From assembly GCA_037447605.1 (NCBI GenBank), contig CM074818.1, positions 2,244,617 to 2,308,616 of the forward strand: a stretch of 64,000 bases of DNA, written 5' to 3'. Numbering within the stretch: position 1 is the first letter of the stretch; the number at the start of each line of letters is the position of its first letter. The translations under genes and the position numbers were made by a program. Below, in pieces: positions 1 to 12,600 of the stretch. The notes beneath the pieces are model-generated. The model saw only the letters and a program-made list of their open reading frames with translations. It did no database searches and was not told the DNA's origin. The stretch comes from Zygnema circumcarinatum SAG 698-1b. Its lineage: Eukaryota; Plantae; Zygnematophyceae.

Positions 1-604
1 CCTCTCTCCCTCCCTCCCTCCCTCCCTCCCTCCCTCCCTCCCTCTCCCCCTCCCCTCCCCTCCCCCTCCCTCTCCCTCTCCCCCTCCCCTCCCCTCCCCC
101 TCCCCCTCCCTCTCCCTCTCCCTCTCCCCCTCCCCCTCTCTCTAACTCCCTCTCCCCCTCCCCTCCCCTCCCCCTCCCTCTCCCTCTCCCCCTCCTCCCC
201 GTTCCGCTCTCTCTAACTCCCTCTTCCCCCCTCCCCCTCCCCCTCCCCCTCCCCTCCCTCTCCCTCTCTTACCCCCCCTTCCCCCCTCTCCCTCTCCCCC
301 TTTCTCTCTGTCCCCCTTCCCCTCCCCTCCCCTCCCGCTGTCCCCCTCCTCCACCTCTCCCTTCCCGTCTCTCTAACTCCCTCTTTACCCCTCTCCCTCC
401 CCCCTCTCTCTACCTCCCTCTTCCCCCCTCCCCTCCCCCCTCCCCTCTCCCCCTCCCTCTCCCCCTCCCCCCTCTCTCTCTAACTCCCTCTTCCCCCCTC
501 CCCTCCCCCCTCCTCCCTTCCCCCTCCCCCTCCCTCTCCCTCTCCCCCCTCTCTCTCCCTCTCCCTCTCTCCCATCCTACTCTCCGATCTCTCCCTCTGT
601 TCAG

Positions 605-820
605 ATCCGCCTCCCTCTCCTCATCCTTCACGGAGCCGCCGACTGCGTCACCGATCCTGCCTCGAGCAAAGAACTTTTTGAACGAGCGGGCAGCGAAAAA
701 AAAATGCTCAAATTATATCCTGACAGCTGGCACTCTCTCACTGCGGGAGAGCCCGACGAGGTGGTGGAGGGAGTCCTGACCGACATCTTGACTTGGCTTG
801 ACTCGTCGTTTGGCAGCTAA
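605..820 (+). CDS. Last exon of monoacylglycerol lipase / caffeoyl-shikimate-esterase-like alpha/beta hydrolase (paralogue 1; upstream exons lie before the window)
   Basis: After a CT-rich intron and the acceptor ttcag|, it reads IRLPLLILHGAADCVTDPASSKELFERAGSEKKMLKLYPDSWHSLTAGEPDEVVEGVLTDILTWLDSSFGS*. This has the Hydrolase_4 catalytic Asp (HG..D) and His (WH) motifs and closely resembles the last exon at 24976-24668. Confidence 0.88.
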   Translation: MRLPLLILHGAADCVTDPASSKELFERAGSEKKMLKLYPDSWHSLTAGEPDEVVEGVLTDILTWLDSSFGS

Positions 821-1890
821 TGTTTGGGAATTGACAGTATCATGTTTTTAGGGTTTGAAAATTTAGGGTTTGAGATGTTAGGGTTTAAGGTTTAGTGTTT
901 CAGGGTTCAGAAATTGGACGATTTTAGAGTGCTTTTTGCTTCTTTTTTCCTTTTACTAATATTTAAGGTTTTTTGAGTTCTTAGATTATGATTTATGATT
1001 CTGATTTTAGGGTTTGAGGTGTTTGAAAGGATTCATGGTTGTTAGGAAAATAGGGTTTTAGGAGTTTAGAGGGCTGATTGATTTTATTACCCTATTTATC
1101 ATCTTTATTTTTATAGTAAAATAAACAGGTTTAAGATGTAAATTAATTTTAATTTCTGGATTTTTTCTGAAGTGCGGTTGCACGGAACTTCAGTGCCTTT
1201 TGTATGTCACCGTTTCGATTTGTGGAACTATGTTTTATTTTAACCTTGGAAATGAAATTTTACTTTTTTTTCATTTTAGTTCCATCATCAAACTTTCTTG
1301 TGCCTTTCTATGTGCTAAAATAAAATCGTTATATTTCTCTGAAAGTAAAATAAGGCTTTAGGGTATTTCCGAACCTCCAAACGGATTTGGTGTACTCGTG
1401 GGTTTCAGTATTCTATTTGCAGTTTCAAGAAATTAAGAATTGGTCAGGATTTTAAGAATCTTTACCAGAATTCCTTTATTTCATATGGAACATATAACAA
1501 CTGAAGCTCAAAATTTTGGAATTGAAAAAAAAAAAAAAATCATTCAGTTTCTTTGAGCTCACCAAATTTTCACAGAGCAGATTCGCTCCATGAATTCACA
1601 AAGCCCTTAATTCAACCACACTTCAAACCCTAACATATCCCCAGTTTCCATGCACTTCCGTTCCACTCCCTTCTCCGTTCAGTTCCAGTTACAGTTCAGT
1701 TATGTTCTACAGAATTGCAATATTACATCAAAACTCCCTTTGTTGGGTTCTTTCTCCCGGAATCCCCATCCCATTTTTTTCTTTCATGTACCTGCTAACG
1801 CTAATTTTGATCAATCTTTTTCTTTTCAATATTTATCTGCTGCTGCCTATGATTGGGGCACACATGACCCTCTTGACCCGTTTGACTTGG

Positions 1891-2673
1891 TTAACTTGGT
1901 TGACTTCCTTGACTTGGTTGAATCGAAGCTTTCGCTGCAGAGGAGCCGCCAATGTCTTCGTAAATTTTCGCTTTTCGAATGATTTCAGAAACAATCCAAC
2001 ACTTGCGTTTGCTCAGAGGGCGAGAGGAGTCGATGCGGACCTGCAAACGGTGCACAGGGAAACCCCTCAATGAGAAGCGAGAGAGAGAGGGAAGGGGGAG
2101 GAGGGAGAGAGGGAGAGAGGGAGAGAGGGAGAGGGGAGAGGGGAGAGGGGAGNNNNNNNNNNGGGGAGAGGGGAGAGAGGAGAGCAGAGAGGGGAGAGAG
2201 GAGAGCAGAGAGGAGAAGGAAAAGGGAGAGAAAGGCGGGGAGGCTTCTTTCAAAACTCTTGACCTAAATCCCTACCCTTTATCCAGCAATCTCGGGAATA
2301 GCATAATTTGGAAAACCTTAAAAATCTCAAACCCTAAAACCCTTCAAAAAACATGGAACCCTAAATCGCTAAACCTAAACCTTAGCCGTTTTTTTTCTTT
2401 TAAAGATTATAAAACCTTTAAACCTTTCAGTCTTTCCAGAAATAACGAAATTTACATGTATAATCCATACACAAAAAAAGTAGAACCCTAATTTTGCCAC
2501 GTGGCGCCCACCTGATCCCCCATATTGCAGTCGTTCTCCTCGTCGTGAGCCATGAACTTTTTGGTCGTCCGTACAACTTTTCGGTACTTGGGGTGCTCCC
2601 GAAACCGTTCGACCGCGACCAGCACCGACTTCTGCATGCGGTTCGAGACCACTTTGCCCACAAACGACCGCAT
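1891..2673 (-). CDS. RPS17: Nucleus-encoded organellar (probably mitochondrial) ribosomal protein uS17, 2 exons
   Basis: Exon 1 2673-2512 is [54 protein letters not shown]. After a GT-AG intron, exon 2 2040-1891 is [27 protein letters not shown]... The S17 signatures G.VVS..M.K, AHDE...C..GD.V and RPLSK.K.W are present. Confidence 0.93.
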
Positions 2674-2941
2674 TTTGGACTAAAATTACAGCAGATTTTT
2701 TCTAAATTTCAAGAAATTAAGAAAGGCAGATCATATGAGATAGATTTCTTAATTCATCCCGCCTTTTCTGAGCGTAAATCGGTGGAAAATAAGCAGAAAT
2801 CGGAAGCCCCGGGATCCCTACAAGAGGGAAAGACCCTGAACCCTAAATCTCTGCCTTGTTCCGCTTACACCTTAACTACAACGCGAAAATTACATAGCCA
2901 AAATTCTGACGCGGAATGGTAGGACGAACCCCGAGGGCGGG

Positions 2942-3613
2942 CCTTGTGCCGATACGATACGACACGGTAATTGCGATATACGATACGTTACGCCACGAAA
3001 TCGATGTCATGCATTACGATATATTGCGATATTATACGATACGCTACCCTGGAATATAATCAACGATACGATACAATGGAATCAGTACGAAATACGCCAA
3101 GGCATATGTCGATAATTTAGGATACGATACGCTACGATTTGTGTTCGGAGTCAATGGGTATGAATAGTAAACTAAGCATGCACAAGTTGAGAATCTAACG
3201 TGATACGAGGCACGTTCTGAATACCGTACACCGGCCTCAAAGAAGCTAAAATTTGGCAGTACAGTAGGGGGTCCTCATATTTTCCACCCTGGTTCCGGGC
3301 AAAATGAGGCGAAAATATTAAATTTGCATATATAAGGTTCGTGTTACGAATAGACGGGCGGTATTATGTTAGAGTTCATGTTGGACCGTACGTATCGTAC
3401 CGTACCATATCGTACCGTATCGTACTGTATCATTTAGCATCGTATCGTATCGTGACATATCGTGACGCATAGACGTAGTTTTCCGCTTTCTGTTGTTCGC
3501 CTCAGCTCGTACAGCTCGTACGGACAATACCATATCGGGGCGTTTCGTATCGTATCGCCTAGTATCGTAAAGTATCGTACCGATCGTTCCGTGTCGTATC
3601 GCATCGAAGCCAG
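2942..3613. mobile_element. Non-autonomous DNA transposon / MITE-like element with CGATA(C) subterminal repeats
   Basis: The left arm (2950-3135) is rich in cgatacgatac and the right arm (3385-3605) in gtatcgtatcg. The ends cc..g..cgatacgatacgacacgg and ccgtgtcgtatcgcatcgaagccagg are imperfect inverted repeats. No TSD could be resolved. Confidence 0.55.
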
Positions 3614-3837
3614 GAGAAGGGGAGAAAGGCGAGGCCCTCTACGGCGGCACGAGCGGGGAGATTAGGCGAGTTTTCGTTAGCCCGTAACGGCGAAGCACAT
3701 AGTACGGATAGTACGGCTAGTACGAACAGCTGACAGGGACGGCTAACACAAGTTACCGTACAAAAGGTGGTTTCGGTAAATCGGGGCGAAAACATTGAGA
3801 TGCACTCTTGCGGTGGTAAATACGAGGACCCCCACCG
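3262..3837. mobile_element. Tc1/mariner(pogo)-like MITE ends (second assembly copy at 7572-8164)
   Basis: TA|CAGTAGGGGGTCCTCATATTTTCCACC ... GGTGGTAAATACGAGGACCCCC(C)AC(T/C)G|TA gives imperfect TIRs of about 27 bp, starting CAGT and flanked by TA. Confidence 0.6.
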
Positions 3838-5904
3838 TACTCAATTTTCTTCACACCGAAGCAAAACGGCGCCAAACGGCATTACAACCATCACGCTCTC
3901 TTCGGCCAGTACTACAGCTTAAATGAATTTTTCAGCTTCAGTACGGTTACGGAGATACACAAACACCTCGGTATTTGTGGGTTGATGCCGTCGCTGTCCG
4001 CCAAGGCGATGCACGACCTGAAGTGTCGGCGCAGAGTTCCCGCCGTCCCTTGCACTTGTCGGGGAGATCTCGCATTTTGAGCTCCTTGTCGCACCATTTT
4101 GTCGCTTTCCCAGCCACGCCACCACCTGCTGCTGTTCTCAGCTTGTACTTTTCTGCCAGTTTAGTTGCACTTTGCTGCTGCTGCTTCAGACTGCGGCCCT
4201 GCCTCAACTTCAGGTGAATCCACACTCTTTGCGTAGCTTGTAGCCGGACGCACATAAAACAGATTAGGACACTGTACACTCTACCACGCTAATCACACAT
4301 CTGCCTTTTTGTGTCAATCTCTTTGCCCCACTCCATTGCACAATGTCCATCTCGTCCTCTCCAACAGGTTATGGGCTCATCCAATGCCAAATGCGCTTGC
4401 ACTTGACGACAGCTGGCATCATTTGCAAGTTTCAGCTTGTCTGATGCCTTCTCGAGGAAGACATCTGTTGTCGTCTCTGAACTAGATACCTGCCCCTCGT
4501 CACTTCCTTTCACTGCGACCGCCTGCCTCTGATGATGCGAAAGAGATTTGCCACCGCACAAAATGAGAAGGCCGCTTCTCCATTAGACTTGGGCGTCCAT
4601 TCAGCCATTGACATGCCCGCCACGCCACCAAGCCCATCACTTGGATCTTCTGATGACGCTGTACCACCTTTGAGTGGTCATAACTCCGCTTTTGCGCTTC
4701 ACTGTCGGCAAAGGAACCCAACCATGCTGAATATATAATGACGCGTCATCCCTCACGGATATGGCTTCTGCAGTAACAGTCGATTGCGCAGTTCATGACT
4801 GGGAATGAGATCACCCTAACCCTCAGCGGCTGCCCGATCTTTCTGGTTCTTCATCGCCCATCGATGTGCCCTCCACTCACTAACTGCCGCCACTTGGCCT
4901 GAACTTCCTCTGAACGAGGAGGAAAAAGATTCCACCCTCCAGACCTTCCCCACGTGCTCGCGCTCTCCGGGTCCGCTCCTCCACTTGTCAAGTCTCCCCG
5001 GCGCCCTCGTCGGTACTTGAAGGAAGAGACTCACGAAAGGAGAGCTGTCCCGCTCTGGCCAAAAAGGAGGCGCGCTGGATCCGCCGCGCCGCGCCCCGCA
5101 CCGCCTGGCGCGCACATTGCGCCCCCCTGGGTTTGGCGCGATCCGGGTCCCCCGTGGAAACCCGCCGGGGACACCTACGTGGCCACCCCCTCACGCTCCA
5201 CGCCGCCGGTCCCGCCGCGCGCGCGCCTGTGGACACCTGGAGCGCAGCGCCACAGTCACCCACGCGGAGGCTGACCCAGGGCCGCATCTGCCCACACTCC
5301 TCACCCCCGGCACGCGGGCCCCGGTGGCCAAGGTGCCGGCATCACCCAGGATGACAGAAGGGTCCTGGATTCGACCTTGCGAGGTTGCAAGGGTTCGAAC
5401 ACGGCGCGGCACACAGAGACACACTGCACGCCGCCATGTGTCGGGGATCATGGAATCCGGCCACATCTTCCTCACGGTTTGGATGGGGTTGCGTCCTTGC
5501 AACAATCACGGGTTACCGCTGCACGACGCACGCCAGCCGACGTTGGCGCTGCAGCATCGACGTACAGTCCATGCACGTTGGCGCGCCGCGCCGCCGCGCG
5601 CTGGCGCATGCGCGAGCATTTGTACAATGTAGGACCTTCGCCCCACGTAGGTGAGAGAGGGACACGTGGCAGCTTGCCATCGACATCCTGCTTCCAATCC
5701 TCCATGCTGGTAGGAGGTTCAACGGGGGAAGCGTATAGGGGCGTAGGTGACTGTCGTCACCCAACCAACATACCGGCATACGGTTGCACGCCCATCCCGG
5801 GCGGCTCCCCACTCTGAAGCGCTCTCTCTCTCTCCCTCTCTTAGCTGAACTCTGAAGTGTAATTCCGCGCACGGCTGAAGGGGCTAGATTTCAGTCGTGA
5901 CATT

Positions 5905-5916
5905 TGGTATCAGAGC
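5905..5916 (+). promoter_or_regulatory. Gypsy primer-binding site (3' end of tRNA-iMet); second copy at 10298-10309
   Basis: TGGTATCAGAGC lies 2 nt after the LTR end ...GTCGTGACA. Confidence 0.92.
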
Positions 5917-5953
5917 AGGTTTTCGTTTCTTTTTGGGAAGGAACCTGTTGGTC

Positions 5954-7418
5954 ATGGTGACCACTCGCCGGGCCGGAGGGGACCCGGGGCCCTCGGGGCC
6001 GCCACCTCCACCACCTGTCCCTCGGGACGAGGTGATGGAGGAGAACTCGGAGACTGCGGCCATCCCCATGGAGGGGCCCAGTCCCGAGCCCACGGATGAC
6101 CAAGGTCATCCGGTGACTGCTGCCCCTCTCCCCGCGTCACCGGAGCCGCTGGCTCCGGCAGAATCCGCCGATCCCATGATCGGGGCCCACATCACGGTGG
6201 GCGCGTCCCTGAAGATGAAGAAGAAGATCGACGAACTGGGAGCGGATGTAAGGCAGCAGCGCGTCGCCACCATGGCCTGTACGAGGCAGGTGGACGACAT
6301 GGAGCTCACGGTCCGCCGCTTGGTGGACACGCTCCAAATGGAGTTCCGGGGCCTTTCGGACAGGCTCCGGAGGATCGAGGAAGGTATGCCCCGAACCCCC
6401 CCTCAGGCTGTAGAGGCAGTGGATGCAGCAGGTCCTGGGGAAGGGGTTAGGCAAACCACTCCGGTAGCGTCGTCTGTCCCGACGCCCCAACCGGCTGCCG
6501 GAAGCAGCCGGCAGAAGTCCGGACCCCCTGGATTTTCCACGGGGGTGAGTCACCCCCACGGGGGGTGATTCACCCAGCAGTTGGGGGGGACCCGCCGGGA
6601 CCTGCTGGGGCCGGAGGAGATCCGAGCCCCGGACCGCCCTCGCATCACGAGCATGCTCTGAGGAAGTCTGGCTGCAAAGGGGCCCTCTTCCTTCCGGGCG
6701 GCACATCACGGACGCCCGATCCAGACTGCCGACTCAACGAGGGTCACCTCCCGGCCACCAACCGCCCCCCCCTCCAGCTTAAGAGCTTCGCTTACCTAGC
6801 ACTTGAGAGTGAATCATATCTGGTGTATGAAGGCCTCTCTGATGATATTGGGAAGCACTCAATTGGATAAGTTCAGAGATGAACTTATCAATCACTTTGG
6901 GGCCTTGGATCCCGGCTTGGAGGCCCGGGATAAATTTCAGAACATGGTCCAAACCGGCAGTGTCAAGCAGTTTCTGCGAGACCTGCGTCAAGTGGTGCCT
7001 CAAATCACCACTCACAAGCCTGGTCAGGCTGAGTTCTTTTTCCACTTCAGGAATGGCCTTAAACCACACCTGAGGAAGCAGCTACGGACTAACCCACGGA
7101 CTCTGAAACCGTGGGACCCCGCTGACTCTGAGCTGTACTTTGATGCAGCCATTCAGTTGGACACCGCCCCTGCAGGCGATGCAGGCCCTTCCCGACCCCA
7201 GCAGAGGTCGGGCGACGTGACAGGGTCGTGGAAGGCGGGACCCTCAGCTCCTGCCAAGATGGCAGGAAAGAACAAGCGGAAGCAGCCGGAAGTGGCTGCC
7301 CGCCCACCCACTGCACGGCCGCAGAAGTTGACTCCAGAGGAAATGGAGAAGATGCAGCGGGAGAACAAGTGTTTCCGTTGCCGCAAGGAGGGGCATAAGG
7401 CCCGAGACCAGCAACACG
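5954..7418 (+). CDS. Gypsy Gag (frameshifted in this assembly)
   Basis: Starts MVTTRRAGG after the PBS. Contains a retrotrans_gag-like segment (FRDELINHFG...ARDKFQNMVQTGSVKQFLRDL...FRNGLKPHLRKQL) and a zinc knuckle CFRCRKEGHKARD that runs up to the N gap. Confidence 0.82.
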
Positions 7419-8708
7419 NNNNNNNNNNNNNNNNNNNNNNNNNNNNNNNNNNNNNNNNNNNNNNNNNNNNNNNNNNNNNNNNNNNNNNNNNNNNNNNNNN
7501 NNNNNNNNNNNNNNNNNNGGCACGTTCTGAATACCGTACGCAAGCCTCAAAGAAGCTAAAATTTGGCAGTACAGTAGGGGGTCCTCATATTTTCCACCCT
7601 GGTTCCGGGCAAAATGAGGCGAAAATATTAAAATTTTATATATAAGGTTCGTGTTACGAATGAACCAGGCGATGATATGTTGAGTTCATGTTGGACCGTA
7701 CGTATCGTACCGTACCATATCGTACCGTATCGTACTGTATCATTTAGCATCGTATCGTATCGTGACATATCGTGACGCATAGACGTAGTTTTCCGCTTTC
7801 TGTTGTTGCCTCAGCTCATTGCAGCTCGTACGAGGACAATGCCACCATATCGGGGCGTTCGTATCGTATCGCCTGAGTATCGTAAAGTATCGTACCGATC
7901 GTTTCGTGTCGTATCGTATCGAAGCCAGGAAGTAGGGGAGAAGGGCGAGCGCCTCTTACGGCAGCACGAGCGGGAAGTGGGTGAGTTTTGCGGAAGCCCG
8001 TAACAGCTGAGTACATATAGTACGGATGGTACGGCTGGAGTACAGAACAGTACGAATAGTACGGCTAACACAAGTTACCGTACAAAAAGGTGGTTTCGGC
8101 AAAATCGGGGCGAAAATATTGAGGACGCACTCCTTGGGGTGGTAAATACGAGGACCCCCCACTGTACTTATTTTTCCACAACCGAAAGCAAAACGGCGCC
8201 AAACGCGTACTTAGAAACCATTATGCTCTCTTTGCGCAGTACTAATAGCTTAAAATGAACTTCTTCAGCTTCAGTACGATTCGTACGGAGATACACAAAC
8301 ATCTGACACGCCGTAATGATTGCCACGTGTCCGCCAAGGCGGCACCGCACGACCCGGAGGGCCGGGCGGGCGGGAGGTTCCCCGCCGCCCTCGCACTTGT
8401 TGAGAATCCGACATTCTCAGTTTTGTCGTACTATTTTGTCGTTTTCCCAGCCACGTGTACTTACACCTGGCTGTGCTTTTAGCTTGTACTTTTCTGTTAG
8501 TTTAGTTGTACGCTGCGTGTGTGCTTCACACCGGCCGCCTTATCAGGCTAGTTCACACTCTTTTCGTAGCTCTAGCACGCCAATATATATAAAACAGATT
8601 AGGACATTAGCCCGCACTTTACCACGTTAATCACACATCTGCCTTTTTATTGTCAACTCTCTGCATCCTCACTTTGATCGTACAATGTCCACTCCGTCTT
8701 TTTCAATA

Positions 8709-8720
8709 GGTTATGGGCCC
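8709..8720 (+). promoter_or_regulatory. Copia primer-binding site of the half-tRNA-iMet type
   Basis: GGTTATGGGCCC immediately follows the LTR. It is the reverse complement of the anticodon-arm sequence GGGCCCAUAACC of initiator tRNA-Met, as in Drosophila copia and Volvox Osser. Confidence 0.85.
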
Positions 8721-9637
8721 TCATGCCTCAAATGCGGCTTAAGAAAAATTTGATGGGACAAGCAGCACGGTAAGAAGTTTCGAGTGCCAGCAGCTTTTGA
8801 GAAGGAATCATGTGGTCTGTGGTTGCGGTCTAGGGCACGGTAGCGCACTTCCCTCCACGCCCGGCCAGCGGCATACTTACGGCTGCGAAGGAGATATCGC
8901 CGGTGGACAAAAACGCGACAAGAAGGCGTTTCTCGCATCACTTTCGGCATTGGCCAGCGATTACCATCGGACCGCGTCAGAGTACGCCACCAACTCCCCA
9001 CGGCGCTTGGACTCTTACGACCAATGCGTGGGGCCTCGGAAGTGGTGCAAACTCCGTTCCGGCGTGCGCTTCACTAGCTGGCGTAAAGGAATCCTGCGAA
9101 ACCATCTTTGACATATCTTGCGGCGCGTCAAATCCTTTGCTAGGCGGCCGCGGCGGTGATTGCGTGGATTCATGATGATGAATCATCGTAATCTTTTAGG
9201 CGGGCTGCGGGCTCTTTTCGATCCTTCATCTCGTCCGTGATAACGCACCGTCTACTAACGTGTTGATCGACCCGACCTTCTTTTGAGCGAGGAGGAAAAG
9301 ATTCCACCTCGGATCCTCCCGCGGCGTCCGCGCTTACCGGATCTACAATGGTCCTCCACGCCAAGTCTCCTGGCGCCCTCTTTTGTCGATTATTGCAAAG
9401 AAACGGACTGCGTAAAGGACAAGCTGTCGCTACGGCCAAAAGGAAGCGCCGACTTTTGCCGCGCCACGTCCATTACACCTCCAGCCCATTTGGTAGCGTA
9501 AAATATCAGCGCCCTGCGATTTCGGCCCTGCGATTAGATTTTGCGGACGTGTCTGACTTACGTTAGCCACCCTCCCTCCGCGTTCCCTACCGCTCCCTTG
9601 GTCCGCGCGCGCCCGCCCGTACACACGTAGCCTTCAC

Positions 9638-12600
9638 GGTCACCACCGGAGGAGGTGTACTTAGAGGCGCACCCGATCTATACTCTCACCGGGCCGGGCC
9701 CAGTAGTAAGGCGTGGGGAACCACCGGAGACGGGGAAGAGGTCAGGATGTCCCATTTATGCCCGAAGGTGCAAAAGTTACGTCACGGTATGATATCTGAA
9801 CATATATGCCCAAGCGCCGCCCGATGTGGTCGAGGATCATGTGGAATCCGGCCACATCTTCCTTACGTTTTAAGGCGTAACCGTGTCCGATACAATCACG
9901 GGTTACCGTTGAGTAGGGCCAATTTATCGATCGGACCCAGCAGCATGGTCGGCGGTACACCGGCTTGTCTGTGGCCGCGCCCGCGTCGCCCGGCAGCGCC
10001 AGCAATCTTGGCGAGCATTTGTACGTGTACACCTCGACCCGTGCGGTGAGAGGGACGTAAGTTTTGCCATTAACGGGCCGACCACCGCTTCCGATCCCTC
10101 CATCTTGTGAGGTTCAGCGGGGAAAGCGTATAGGGGCGTGATGGTGGTATGATCACCAACCAACTTATCTGACATACGGTTGCACGCGGTCAGTACACTC
10201 CCCACTCTGGCTTTCTCTCTCTCTCTCCCTCTCTTAGCTGAACTCTGAAGTGTAATTCCGCGCACGGCTGAAGGGGCTAGATTTCAGTCGTGACATTTGG
10301 TATCAGAGCAGGTTTTCGTTTCTTTTTGGGAAGGAACCTGTTGGTCATGGTGACCACTTTCCTTAGGGCGGAGGACCGGGGCCCATGGGAGCGCCACCTC
10401 CACCACGATCCTGGAGACGAGGTGATGAGACATCAGGAGAGAGCTAGCGGCCATCCCATGGAGGGCCAGTCAGGAGCCCACGGATGACCCAAGGTCATCC
10501 CGGTATTTCTTGCCCTCTCACACTGCGCGTCACGGGCGAAACCGGCGGGCATCGCCCGATCCCATGATGGGGCCCACATCCGCGATGGCTTCACGAAGAT
10601 GAAGAAGATCCCGGCCAGGCGGGAGGCGGATGTAAAGAAGCGGCGTCGCCCTGTGCTGACGCTCTTGGCGGTGGGCGACATGGAACTCCGCGTCCGCCGC
10701 TTGGTGAACCACGCTCCAAATGGAGTTCGGGGCCTTCGCGGGCGACTCGGAGGATCCCTAGAAGATATGCCCCGGAGCTTCGAGAACGTAGAAGGTGGAT
10801 GCGGCGAGGTCAGGAAGGGGTTAGGCAAACCCTCCGATAGCGTCGTCTGTCAGAAGCGCCCAACGGCTTTCGCAGGAAGCAACGGCAGAAGTCCCCTGGA
10901 TTTTCCACGGTGAGTCACTGGCGGGGTGGCGATCCGCCCAGCTGATGGGGACCCCGTCGAAGTGACTCTTTGAGGCGGAGGAAGATCGGTGCTCTCCGCC
11001 AACCTCTTGAGGATGCCCGGCAGGTCGGGCCCAAAGTAGCCCCTCTTTCCTTTTAGGTGAACATCCTACCCGCGGACTGCTGGTTGGCGTGGTTGGAGTC
11101 AAACAGGGGCTACACTTACGGCGACCAACTGTCCCCCCCTCCAGTGGGTAAGCTTTGCTTACCCAGCACTCAGAGGAGCCGCATACCGCGTGTATGAGGG
11201 CCTCTCTGATGAGATTGGGGACGATTGGGATAAGTTCAGAGATGAACTTATCAACCACTTTGGGGCCTTGGATCCCGGCTTGGAGGCCCGGGATAAATTT
11301 CAGAACATGGTCCAAACCGGCAGCGTCAAGCAGTTTCTGCGAGACCTGCGACAAGTGGTGCCTCAAATCACCACTCACAAGCCTAGTCAGGCTGAGTTCT
11401 TTTCCACTTTCCCGGGGAATGGCACGAAGCCACACTGAGGAAGCGGTGAGAACTAACCAGGACTCTGGCTTGGTGGGACCCAGCTGACTCTAAAATTTTG
11501 TACTTTAGTCGCGACCATTGATTGGACACCGCCCTACGAGCGTCTTGACCCTTCCGACTTGGTCGGGCTGACGTGTGAGATTAGGTGGAAGCGGGACCCT
11601 CGGCTCTGCCAAGATGGCGAGGGAAGAACAGCGACCGAAGCGGGCGCGCAGCGCTAGCGGCCGCGAGTTGACTCGAATGGAAGATGCGGCGGGAGAACAA
11701 GTGTTTCGGCGCGCAGGAGCATAAGGCGGGTACCCCTTTGAGCGTAGGACAAAAAGGGCAGGGGCGGAAAAAACTAACCACCAGCGGTTTAGAATTGGTG
11801 GAGTGAGTTAGGGATGGGAGGCCGATTCTTGTCGATGTTAAAGGACTTTGTAGCTTGGGTCACCGGACATGCTTAACTTCTTTGAAGCGGACCTTTGAGT
11901 GCGAATAGGTGTGTGTCATGCGCTTCCTGATTCCATGTCCCTTACCCCTGCCACCGTGGTGACTCCCTCTAGGTTTATGGATGTAGTGATGCGTGGCCGG
12001 TGGCATGTTTCAATTCTCAATGTGTTATGGGGGATGATGTCTTGATGAGATGTACCCGTGGATGCCTTGCATGTCTTCTTGGGATACTTCCCACCTCGGT
12101 ACGCATGTCTTTGGTTCCTCGGCTTGGCGGTTCACTTACCTCCCAGCCAAGCGGCGGTTGGTGAAAGCAATTTGAGAAAAAGGCACAAGTTAGTGCGGTG
12201 ATGGAAGGATCCACCGGTTATTTGGTTGGATCCCCTACGCGGTGTGGAGGGCGGCTTGTCACCTGCAGCGTATAGTGCGCTCTGTAAACCATCTTGCCCA
12301 TCGTGCCATGGCCTTCATCCGAGATTGACCGATGGCCCGCCTGCGGTGATCTTGCTGCTGAATCTTTGGGCGGGGCGGCTAACTGTTGTTCTGCATTCGC
12401 CCCGGTGCCGTTGACAGCAGTCGATTCGGTACTGGGGATGGGCGCAAGGGCGGATCTCGGTAGCGTCCCACCACTTCAGATCAGCTCGAGTCTCTCGGTA
12501 CATTGAAGTGCCTTACAACACAGCCTGCGGAGCGGATGTTATTTTGGGGAGTGCTTGGTTAACCATGGTCAAAGCCCAATTGGACTTTTCCATCCCACAC

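Larger units (their letters stand above)
4057..7418 (+). mobile_element. Redundant partial copy of the nested copia/gypsy locus (copia 5' LTR 4057-4366, PBS 4367-4378, gypsy 5' LTR ~5254-5902, gag), truncated by the 100-N gap
   Basis: Colinear with 8398-~11730, with the same gcact flank at 4052-4056, ggttatgggctc after the copia LTR and tggtatcagagc after the gypsy LTR. Probably an assembly overlap. Confidence 0.8.

Noticed and set aside
1891-2673. Bacterial-like S17 as contamination or recent horizontal transfer
   Set aside because: It has a GT-AG intron with the same repeat style as its neighbours and resembles plant nucleus-encoded organellar S17.
3912-4738. Minus-strand ORFs as a DNA transposase
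   Set aside because: No DDE or BED motifs. The region is the copia LTR/PBS and noisy gag read on the opposite strand.
8320-8332. ABRE (GCCACGTGTC) as the displaced permease promoter element
   Set aside because: It is absent from the other assembly copy of the same flank (~3986-3998), so it may be a read error.
3209-11730. Apparent 4.2-kb tandem duplication with mosaic divergence, which could suggest hypermutation or two independent insertions
   Set aside because: The copies are separated by a 100-N gap, share the same insertion flanks, and alternate between identical and indel-riddled stretches. This is the pattern of overlapping, partly unpolished long-read contig ends.
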